Assembly: GCA_013115125.1 (NCBI GenBank)
Contig: JABANN010000003.1
Location: 1-64,000, forward strand
Direction: 5' to 3'
DNA from: Perkinsus olseni
Lineage: Eukaryota
DNA: 64,000 nt
Of the stretch, positions 1 through 11,108 are shown in pieces; within the stretch, counting starts at the first letter, position 1, and each line of letters starts with the position of its first letter. The position numbers were made by a program, and so were the translations under genes. The notes below the pieces were generated by a model, which searched no databases, was not told the DNA's origin, and saw only the letters and a list, made by a program, of their open reading frames with translations.

Positions 1-1660
1 TTGATCCGTCTAGGATTAGATAAGTACATCACTTCCTATCATACTATCAAGGTTGAGTTGGCACCAATCTACAGCAGATTGTGCGAGACCTCATCTTGTC
101 TGAGACCTACTCCGAACATGATAGAGTAGTTCCTCTGTTTGACAAATATCTTGGACCCCGTTCGCAAATTGGCAGTAAACGCGAGCTCCAGATCGAGGTG
201 AGCGATTCGCTTGGTCGGAATCTGGCGAGAACAAGAGCCGCAGGTGGGAGTCCGTGATCGAAACTGATATCAGAGGGCAGCGTTACACGGTTTAGTTTAT
301 ACCATCCCTGTGACAGGAGGGAAAGAGTTTCTATTCCGCCTTTGAATGGGAAAACTCACATTCGCCTGCCGATGCAGATACTTCCTCGAAGCACCAGCTA
401 TAACAGCAATGATGAAATCGTTGACCGTCACGTGCAAAGAAGCGCAGATGGTCTTTACCCGATTCAGAGGTATGGGCTTGCAGAAGCGAACCTGCGGCCT
501 TCATGCAGTGCGCAGCAAGACCGCACAGGATAGCTCACTTGTCTGTCCCCGCGGAGTTCACCTCGGGGATGAAATGGACTTCGTGAATCACTTCGTAAAT
601 ACCCATACGTCAACTTCAGCAGAGCAATAGGAATCATGCAAATCCAAAACGCAATCCACCGCAGTCTGGGAGGAGCAAAGGCAGTAATTAGATCGCACCC
701 ATAACGGCCCGTAAGCTACATATTACGAGAGCAGATCGGCGGCCATTGATCGTGGACGCCAATGTGACACGGCCTTCGGCTTAGCGCCATATTCGTCTCG
801 GGGTGTCGTCGTATCCAATAGCGCATTCATCAATGTGAACCCATCCCCAAGTACATGATGCAAGTTGAATACCAGGCTGGTGCGGACGAGGGCTTGTTGG
901 CCCCTCGTTACACGCTCATTAACCTTGAATGCGCAGACCATTAGGTCTCGGCCAAGCACGTCGCCTCTCACCATGAATACCCGCCAAGGCGGGAGAGATC
1001 TATCGAAAGGCTGCTGGACACAGTTCTCGAGCATAGCCTCGACCGGCGTGACCGAAGTTCGGTCAGAATACAATGGCCGGATTGTATCTACAATGCGCCA
1101 CCATGGTAGCGCATTAGAGATGTCTTTAATGACTCGGTTCAGTCCGGAAATTCCGAGTCCTAGAGCTCACCTGCATCAACTTCGTAGATGACATCGAGAA
1201 CATCGAACTTATCACCCATATCCTCCATCCAGTAATGGTGCTCGACTCCCAGTCGAGCCTTCTCCAAGCAGCATAATCTCGATCGGAACCTAGCAGAGAG
1301 GCCCACGCTGAGCTTTGATTCCGGTGCCGTCTGTATCTCAGCGAGTCTCCATCGTTTCCCGGACTACGCGGTGCGCTTGGACACTAGACGCGTACTGAGA
1401 GTGTGGGCGAGCTCCTTCCGGCTGAGGGGAGAAACTAAAACGGTCAAAGCAGAATCTAACAATCCCAAGGACACACGCTGATCGAACGGCGATCCTCTTC
1501 AGAGCATTCCATTCCCACAAGAAGGCCGACCTGAGGGTTCGAGCTCGATGACACCACCGACGTTCCAGGCCGTCTTCGGATACTCTTCACCCATCGCCGC
1601 AACATACTCAGAGAGAGCACCGAGCTTGCGAACTCGACACCCTTCACCGAGGCTTGCCAT
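1..1660 (-). CDS. Wax ester synthase / diacylglycerol acyltransferase (WS/DGAT family), multi-exon, 3' end outside window
   Basis: HHxxxDG motif (FNLHHVLGDGFTLM), PFDRSLPPWRVF, and near 370-490 PLNRVKTICASLHVTVNDFIIAVIAGASRKYL, matching the WS/DGAT C-terminal half. Start codon uncertain (1660 or upstream). Confidence 0.85.
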
Positions 1661-1855
1661 GTATTTGCAACAAGGGCTCACTGAGAGATGCACTGTCGGT
1701 CGCCGATTGGTTCTCTTGCGAGAAGCTTCGGGAGGAGGAGTGATCTGGCCCCGCGAACAACAATTCACCCTCACACCAATTATCTACCCCATCTAACACA
1801 ACATGACACGTCTCTGGCGCTTCCGACACGGCCGACCATGGACATGATGACACTC

Positions 1856-4031
1856 TCAGAATGTCTTCTTCGCTAGAGTTCTACGGATGTTATGCCGATC
1901 TTCATCGTATTCCTTCCGCGTGACGCACATGTAGTCCACGAACGTGCTCATAGATGCAATCATTGATCCGCCGACCCATGCTGCATATCTATCGAAGAAT
2001 GAACATTCACGTCGTAAATTTCCGTGTACTCGGTAGTTTCGTGTATTTCACGAAACCACTAAATACACAGGTTCGTCAGTAGATTGATTCTAGGAAGAGT
2101 CCTATGATCCATCCCTTGGTTAATCCTGATCCACGATGGATCCTAGGGATCATTTTCCCTGCCAGTATGATTCGTGTGTCCAAATCCAAGCGTGAGTATT
2201 CCACCTCACTTCCTCTGGGAGTCAACCCTGACTTTCACTGGCTCGTTGGAGTCGCCCATTCCACAAGCGTTGAGCGCGTTCTCCAATCGAGTAGCCACCC
2301 CCGGTAACATCGATGAGCCGCCAGATACGTAAATATTGTCGAGTACGTCTGGCCTAAAATATTATCATAAGACCTGCTCAGGTACACCGCAGAAGCCTCA
2401 CCTTATCTCTGGGTCAACAGCTTCCAGCGCAGACTGACAAATGCTCGCTACAGTGCCATCGGCTCTACTGTTCACGACCTCGCCATTCTCTTCCGTGATC
2501 ATGTTCTTGGAACAGAAGAGCCTGAGAGCATCCTCTCGTCGAGGTATATTCGACCTGTGCCTACACTTCGGGGGCATCCAAGCAGCAAAGCCCATCCACC
2601 TGCACTATGCTGCCATCTGGCAGCTCGAAGGGGCCGCCCTTGGAGCTCGGAGAAGTGCCGGCCTGATCTCGATACACATGTTCGCGATCCAGTCCACCGC
2701 TGGAGTATGTATGTGAGACCACAAGACCGACTTCGAATGGCGAACATGTTTCCTCCGAAGATTACTACTTGGGTTCGATCCTTATCTTCAACATCACCAG
2801 CTCGGAGCTGAGACACACTTAATCCCAGCGCATTACGAATTGGCAGCTCGCTCACTTGACAGAATTTTTCCTTCATATCAGCATAAATGAAATATTCACT
2901 GCCTGACTTCGCTGCCCCCGTGACCTTCGATGCGACGGTAGGTTGGCGCTGCGAGATGACTTCCCTCAGATGCTCGGTTACATCCATACCTGGGCACGTC
3001 ACCGAAGTCCCCGTGCAACACCAGCCTGCCAGCAGCCCTTACCGGCTTTATTCAAGCGGAAGGTAGCATGGGGGATAGCAAATCCTTGAAAAACCGGTGT
3101 GGCGTGCGTAACCTTCCGAAGAAAGGCTCGCGCCAAGCTAAAGCGAAAAGTGTACCCCTTCGCCGATGTCCACGACTAATCCCGTGGGCATGCCGGTGGC
3201 GAACAAGGAAAGGGCTGCCGTATTCATAATAGCAACAGCTGGCGCGTGGAACTTTTCAAACATGACCTAACTCATGCGAATCGAGGAGCCACGAGAAGGC
3301 CCAAGCTCACCTCAGCCATCCACGCCCTCGTAAAGCTGTTGCCACCCACACCGACAAGCTGCTGATTGCTAGCTGTAGCTACAGCCGTGTTCGAAGGGCA
3401 ATCCGTCAACAACACTGGGAAGTCTTCCAGAGAAACCGACCCTGAAAAATTGCGGGACTTCAGCGGAGCGAGTTTCTGCGTTCCTGAGTTCACCGTCGCG
3501 CCCCCGTTTCGACGGTCTAACTATCTGCCTGAGTGTGTGGTCCCAGAAGGCTTCCAGATCGTCCTTGTCGATAACCTCGCCCCGCAGAATAGGCCTTATG
3601 AACGACGACCTCGACAATACATTATGTCCACTAGCTGAAGGTACCTCCTAAGCTCCTTCCGGGCAGTCGGATGATGAGAACTACTGTTGACATATGCCTC
3701 AACTGCCTGCTCGCCGTATAACTTAACACCCTGGGCCTCGGCTGTACTTGAACGACTGCCATAGCTAGTGTTTCGACCCAGGCTCGAGCTGTCATCATGC
3801 GAGCCTGAGAGAGACCAAGAGATCTATGCCTTCTGCACCCGAAGTAGCAACGTGCTCGAATGACGTACTCCCTCGAGTAATCGCGTCTTGGAAGGCTGCT
3901 GTGGGGACTACTCGTGCTGGAACATCGCAGCCGCTATAACCGACTTTAGTGAAGCCTGATCCCGTATCCACCACAATCACCTCCTTCTCGTCAAAGGTGC
4001 ACTCGAGATCGCTGAAGGCAGTTTCTTCCAT
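1856..4031 (-). CDS. Divergent actin-like / actin-related protein, multi-exon
   Basis: Phosphate-1 loop IVVDTGSGFTKVGYSG; RPILRGEVIDKDDLEAFWDH; phosphate-2 region ALSLFATGMPTGLVVDIGEG..VTHATPVF; C-terminus YAAWVGGSMIASMSTFVDYMCVTRKEYDE; TGA at 1856-1858. Confidence 0.88.
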
Positions 4032-4170
4032 TTACAAGAAACGAGTAGCACCCCCCGTCCATGTAATTGATACAACTAAACAAGTCTACTTCGAGCAAGA
4101 AACGTTCTTTGGTAATCCCGGAGTGTACGTTTGAATGACGTTATGCCGCCGATCGGCATCATTGATATGA

Positions 4171-6179
4171 TCACTCAACCAGCGATGGGTTGATCATGTG
4201 GGTTCTGACCTTGCCATCCGAGCCCGACGAAAGAATCATCTGAGACGAAACGGAGGTCAAGCACCTGTGGAAAGGAGAACTCTAAGCTTACCGTATCATC
4301 GAGCCAAGTGCATCCGGTCACCGCAACTTCCTGAGGCATATCGCATCGTTGGAGTGGCAATCGAGCCGAACGAGAGTCGTAAAGTCTGACGGTGCCGTCA
4401 AGAGAACTTGTGGCTACAAGGTAGTCACTCTTCGGATTCCAGGAAACCTGAGCTCAACGTGAGGATCAGTGTCAGGCCTCGATGCTGCTAGGTGATCTAA
4501 GGTATGAACTTGCTCACCCCTGTGATCGAGCGCTCATGGGTCCTGTACTGCTGCAAGAGCTCAAGTTCCTCCTTGGAGGTGCGCAGATCCCAATAAGCAA
4601 CACGACCATCGTCGTGACCTGTGCAAACTCCAGATCTGTCTGCTGAAACCGCCAGAGCCGTTGCCGCCCTGAAATACGAGTGACGAACATGACAGCGTCA
4701 CACAGAGAGACACAGAGCTCATACCAAAGACGAATTGGTAACACCCGCAGTGCATACCAACGCCAGATGGTTCTTCACCACTGGGAGAGCAAAAACTCGA
4801 GCGCTTGAAGTTCCCTTACCTCGCACAAGGAAGGGTTGCCTTTCGTTTGGCAGCCAGAATGTCCCACAGCGCCAGAGTGTTGTCCAAAGACGCAGACATG
4901 ACAGTTTCCGCGTCTATTTTCACCAACCTGGATGCCCAACGTATCATTTGAGTGGGATGGTTCAGCACGACTCACCTCGTAACACCACAGCCCTCCATGT
5001 GGTGGTCAGCGAAGACCGCTCTCGGACCTGTTACGTCGCGGGACGATTCTAGAAGCAGAGAACGGATCCAACGGGCAGAAGCTGCCCGAGCTGGCCGGCC
5101 TCACCAGTGGAGACATTATACAGCGCAAGAAGCCCGCCGGCATCTCCAGCAACAACGATACTACTGTCCTCCGAGATCGTGAGCGCTGTCACTGCTGCGA
5201 CCCTGATAAACCAAGCAACGGTTTTTCGCCGCCTGCAACATGAGGCTTGCTGCTACCCTCCCCTAATCCCATTGTTGGCGCTCGATATGAGCTCCGGAGA
5301 CTTGTTACCCTCGCCAAGAGAATAGAATCGAACCAGCCCATCGCGGCTCCCTGCGGTCACAAGAGATTCAGCGAGACGATCATAGCCAAAGTTCTATAGC
5401 TCACCTGTAACTACGGTATTCTCTCGGCCGGCGAGCGCGAGCACCGAAGCATCGGAGTCGCGCTGTCCGAAGAGCTTACGATGACCTTCAGATGTATACA
5501 GACTCCACGAGCCTGCAGTGGGCAGGACCAGGTACGATCGAGGATAACAGCAATACACTATTACCCTTCATTGAGCCTGTGGCATACAAGCCTGAACCAG
5601 TACCCTCGATGATCTCAATGCACGAGAGCCACTCTTCTTCTTGAGTAACCTCGGCCGTTTCTGGCTCCGGCATCGCCAGGACGTACCTTTAACACATCGC
5701 GTAACCTTTAGAGACAGACTCAACTATCTAAATTACTCAATCTTGCAGGCAACTTCACTGGACAGGCCGTATTGCGTGTAGAACTCAGCAAGGCTGGTCC
5801 GCAAGAACTGACCGTTGACGATGAAATCGAAGACCACTGGCTCTTCCAGCGAAAGCAGGTCATTCAGCATAGATGATAGGCCTGAGCACACCCGTACCCG
5901 AGCGAGTAAAGACAAAAGTCGGCGCCAGGTCACCAGATCGGGAGAGGTGCCCTTCCAGAACGATAGGATCGTCGGGGATTTGGTATTCCTCAGGCAACTT
6001 CGTCGTGAAAACACCTTCCACCTGAGTTCCAACACGGCTGAACACTCCCACGATCCTGAGCATCCCCACTTGGACGCGAAGGGCGTCCGAAGTACCTGCG
6101 TTATGATCGAGGGAGCTGCTTGCTCCTCTTCTTCGTTCGGGACCTCGTGCATGTCTACGGCAGGCGACGATCCGGCCAT
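4171..6179 (-). CDS. WDR12: Ribosome biogenesis protein WDR12/Ytm1 (NLE domain + WD40)
   Basis: NLE domain GLSSMLNDLLSL..VFDFIVNGQFLRTSLAEF...SSEVACKIEYVLAMPEPE; WD40-type exons; last exon MILSSGSDGKVRTH; stop 4171-4173. Confidence 0.85.
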
Positions 6180-6493
6180 GGTGAGAATACAACCCTACAG
6201 AAGGACCGCATCAGGGATGCTCTTAGGGCTCCGTAGGAATCCGAACGTTGAGTTCGCACGGACTTGAGCACTAGCACACAACAAACCGTCGGGTCAGAAA
6301 AGGCAAGTTTGATTGAGGGATTCAGGAGCGCAAGAACAAATGTGAAGAGCGGGAGAACAGCAAGACCTATACCATCGAATGGACTGCAAGTTCCTGAAGC
6401 GGGCAAAGACCTTCAAATAAGATTGTTGTGCAAGGCCTCGTGAAATTTTGTTAGGTGACCAGAAGCACAATACTGCTGCTACTCATGCGCGAT

Positions 6494-8233
6494 TCATTCG
6501 AGACTGGAATCCCTCGGTGATTCGCCAGCGGAGCGCTTAAATCTCCGGCACGTAACCAAGTCGGGCTTCCTTAGTCTGAAGCCACCGAGGAGCCGCTCGG
6601 GCAATTCCTCCTGAGCGACAAGGTGAGTAAGTTTCCGATAGTGAGATCCAGCCTACTTCCGAGTGACCCTCGAGCACGAATCCAACGTCGATGACCAACT
6701 TTTCCGCGGCTCCAACAACCTGCCATAGAACATACTCCATCACAGTGAGATTGCAGTGAAGTGTCAAACAGAACCCGTTCTCACCAGCGACATCATATGC
6801 CGTGCGGCCGCGCTTGAGAAAACATCGACTGAAACTTCGACAAACCGGTCGCCAGTGAAATGAGTCGTTGTGAGTTTTCGGCCAATTATAGCCGGGGTTT
6901 GCCCGACTGCCTGATAGTGATCAAGCCAGAGGATTTACAAGTGGGGATGATACCGAGGAAAGCATACAGCAGCCGATGGATAGCCCTATTTACTTTCTTA
7001 ACAATCCACGGCCCTTCGGCAACTGAGGGGATAACCTTCAATCGGCTGTTACGACCCTCGTCGTCCATATCCAGGAATCGCCGCATCAGAATCCCGTAAG
7101 GCTAAAAGGAAGGTCTCGACCACTTCGATGAGTATAACGAGGACTTCACGGAAGCGTATTGGGGCATGCATGCAGCTGGACTCGGCGATCGGGAAGGGCA
7201 GCGAGGAGCGAAGTCGCGGCTTACCGTGTCCGTGTCGGATTGAAGCCACGGAGCGTCCTTGCTGACCATGAAGGTATTGGTGCAGTAGAAGGGAGCCATT
7301 CGCCAATTCACCGTGAAGAAGAAGCTAAAGAATGTGATCTCGGAATGTGGAAACATCTAGCGCGCTCCGTGAGGATGTCTACCAGTCAGGGTGTTCCTTC
7401 CGAAGCCAGTAGGCCTTGCAATGTGGCTCGGTAGAGGCGCATATCACTTCCTCATCGTCACAGAAGAACAACTCGAAGGCAACTGAGATAAAGTTTCAGG
7501 CTGACTGTGCGGACTGCCAACGGGTGCGCTTCGTATGAAGCTTATACTCTTGAACATACTTTGACGGGAGATACGGAATTCATTCGGGATATGTGTGAGA
7601 GAATGAGAACGGCCAGACGGCGTCTCCGACGGGACGTAAGTATCGAAGCTGTGCGCTGTGAGTCAGTGCAATCAGAAAAAGACCGTCGCAGTTCATACCT
7701 GTTTTCATGAGAGCGGGGTCGCTTGGGTGTTTCACCTTGTCATCGAGATAGGTGTGACCTCTCACTTTGAATTCTGTGCAGTCGAGCTCGGTCCTAGACA
7801 AAACAGATGAAAAAGCCACCAGCCAACGAAGAGGCTTCAAGGAAAGAGAAGTGAGCCTCATCACCCGAGACTACCAGGTGTTGGCTTCATCCTCGTCCGA
7901 GCTGAGGATCGGGCGAATCTCGTCGTTCATGACCGAGTCTCGCGTGGCCGCACCATACAATTCCAATCCAAGCCCAGCTGGGGGACGAGCCTCGACTGAG
8001 ATTACACACGATTTCGTCACTACCATGTGGCCATAGCCTAAGGAACCGAGCTCACCTCTGTCTAGTTTTTTCCGAAGGAGCTTTCCCTTCACGGGAGCAT
8101 TACTACTCTCATTCTCCGAAGATTCGCCCTCGGATGCCGAGTAGAACTCGTCCTCGTCCATCTCCAGCTCCGCGCCTGCAAGATTCACCGTTGGCATCGG
8201 CCAATACTTAATCGAGCTGAATTCCAATGCCAT
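6494..8233 (-). CDS. EDR2_C (DUF1336) domain protein
   Basis: FKVRGHTYLDDKVKHPS, RRFLDMDDEGRNSRLKVIPSVAEGPWIVKK, LVIDVGFVLEGHSEEELPERLLGGFRL are the typical EDR2 C-terminal motifs. Confidence 0.85.
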
Positions 8234-8345
8234 AAATACTCCCGCCGCACATAGTCATGGCCACGAACAGCACCGGTTCATTTTATTTAGCGTCCAGCGC
8301 CGACATTCACACCTTCGGTAAGCCGCAGGGGCTCGTTTGTACTCG

Positions 8346-10797
8346 TTAATACGCCCCTATATTACCAAGAGGCGGGAATTCTATCGTGGGCGATCCGTCT
8401 TCCTCCTCGGAGCTTTCGGGTGTGATCGGACTCTCTGAACCTACTTCCGCGGCACCTGTTGTCTTGCTCGTCTGCGGCTGTTCAGTGTCTCCCGCAGTCG
8501 AGGGCTCCGAAGCCGAGCCTGAGCAAGCAGCGCAGTGCGAACCATTGAATCATTAAACAGACTGTCCAAGGATACACCCCTCTCAAAGCACCTCTGCTCT
8601 CGGGGTGCCTTCTGGGTGTAATGGCTCGGCTGTTACGCATCATGGCGCCCGAAAGGAACTCTTGCACATCAGACCTACCAGTGATCCGATTACGAGAATG
8701 ACAACCGCTTCTACCACTTCACTCTAGCGGTACGTTCTTTAGGTAAATTTCGAAAGCTTTACCTCCGTAAGAATTGCGAGATCCAAAAGACCGTAGCAGT
8801 GAGCCTGTGCTCGCCCTGCTCTGAAGGAGTCATGAGATCCGAATCCGCGCGACCTGCCAAACGGCATAATACCGTCAGCGAAGACGCAGCGGCCCGGGCG
8901 TACCCCTCTTAGTTGGGTGGCTGCGGATGAGACCGACGGTCTCGACTATTGTGGGAAAAGTCGCGCGGCACCTACAGATTAAACAGCTCAGAATTGAGGC
9001 AATCCCGCTCGACTTGCCTCTGAATCATCAATTCAGGGTCTACGTCGCCGCTCTCCCACTGCTGCAAAAACTCGGTGTTGCAAAAAGTGAAGGCCTGAAC
9101 ATTCATCAGGATTAACGCACTCCCTAGGGTGAGATTCGGACCACCTTATTCACAGAGTCGTGAGCTAGGAACTTGTAGAGAGGGCTGACGTGAAGGCAGA
9201 TCAGTGTGAACTCCCGATGTCTTTTACTCTGAGGCCAGTGACCTACGGCCCTGTCGAACGAAGGAGCCAATACCTTGTCTTTCTCCGCTCTCGCGACATA
9301 TTGTTGCTGCACCCAAGGAGAAAAGGACCCTATCACCTCATCCAGAGCCGTCATTAATTTGGTACACTGGCCACCGATTCTAGAGCTGTCGCCAGAGTTA
9401 ACTGAAGGAGCAACCATCTGATATTCCCACTCTGGTGAGGCGGGTGCCAGAGCGAGGAGTCGCAACTCACGGGCCTTTTCCATGCTCGGCAGCGAATCTT
9501 CGACCTGCAACCTCGCCCATGAGACAAGAAATTTGAGTCTTTTAAGGCCTGAGAAAGGTCATAGCAACAAGGAAGCTGCTGGGCATCCGAGTACTTGGCT
9601 TTCCTCCAGCGAGGAACTCATCCAGCTCGTTGGCCGATTTGCCAGATATCGTGAAGTAGCCTGAAGATGCATCTCAAACCCAGCTTTAGCGGATTCAGAA
9701 GGATTGGCCTAGCAGTGCGTAAAGAACACGGAGCACTACTCTGAGACTTAGCCGGCAAGTCGGTCCCAGGAGCTCCCAACATTGTCTGCGTAACATCACC
9801 AGAATGATCTCCTGACTTCATAGTACCTTCCGCCTGAAATGATCAGATCGCCGATCAATGAAAGCGGTTTCAACTCTGGTTTGCGGGTCAGCGAGTTCGA
9901 ATCGGGGAACTGCATCGCAGGAATGGTGTTCCACTCTCAGTCAGATTCACAGATCAAGTGAGATAATACGCTCCCTATTAGTACCGCCTTGACCTCTCGC
10001 TTTCCCTTGTCTCGCAGTAGTTTCCACGCACCGCCAGCGCCGACGGCGGCAGCACCAGCGACGGCCAGAGGCGATGCAAAAACCTATTACGACAAAAAAT
10101 ACGCCTCCTGTGTCCCGAGCCTCCGCAAAAAAGGAACAGAGAGACCACGTGAAGTAAGCAGGGGCTGCTGGCCCTCGCAGTAGTCCACTAGTATTACGAC
10201 AAACGTTCCCACTGCAGCTGCTACACCCGTCGCGGCACCCCCAACATAACCTGAAGTCAACGAGTCAGTTCTGGCCAAGGAAAGGAACCCAACGCGATGC
10301 CACTCACTGGCCCGATTAGACTTGTGCTTCAGTGAGTCCAGATACTCCTTTTCGTAGCACTCATCCGAATCAGATTCAACTACCGTACCTGAAGCAGCGC
10401 CGAAATCTGCTATCGTCGATGGTACCAAGTGGATGAAAATGAACGTTGCAGGATGCAGTCCAGATCACTGGTTGACACAGGAGAGCTACGGGGAATAGTA
10501 ACCTTGCTCATCGTCACCCTCTCCTCGCCCCTTTCCGAATCTCCTACTTCCGGTCTTTGCCTTGGGATCAATTTTTGCAAGAACTGCTTCCCCTTTGCTA
10601 TCCTGGGTTCCCTCGCTCTCAGCCCCAGTCGGCTTCTCGGCAATTCCTTCTGGATTGGATGTGGGGGCGGAGTAGCTCCGTGACCGTTGATGTCCATGCT
10701 TTCTGGACGCATGGTGCCGGTGGTGATTATGAGAGCCACTAGACGATGACGCCGAAGAGGCAGCTGAGCTGGATTTAGACCACAAGCCGAATGGCAT
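8346..10797 (-). CDS. Hypothetical multi-exon protein with a Gly/Ala-rich hydrophobic segment
   Basis: Chain of minus-strand exon-like ORFs with GT/AG ends (MPFGLWSK..., GGAATGVAAAVG..ASPLAVAGAAAVGAGGAWKLL, ELRLLALAPASPEWEY...). No family recognised; ends approximate. Confidence 0.55.
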
Positions 10798-11108
10798 CAA
10801 GGTTAACAAAATACGACCTAAACTCAGATGTTCAGAGCTCAGAGGCGGGACTGGAGTTGAACGATCTTTTTGATCGTTACAAACAAGCATCACAAAAAGT
10901 CTAAACATGACACGAGCGGAGAGCGGAGCGATGCGGTCAAGATCGCGGCGAGCTTCTGCTACAAACTCCAGATGCTTTGCCTGTTTGAATTCGTTTAATG
11001 TGGCTTGACGTCGGACATGTAACACTGATGTCATACGGGTCTCTGTAATTCGATTGATTGAGGAAAAAATCTCACCAGCCGGCTCAGCATGATTTTTGCA
11101 TTTCAATA

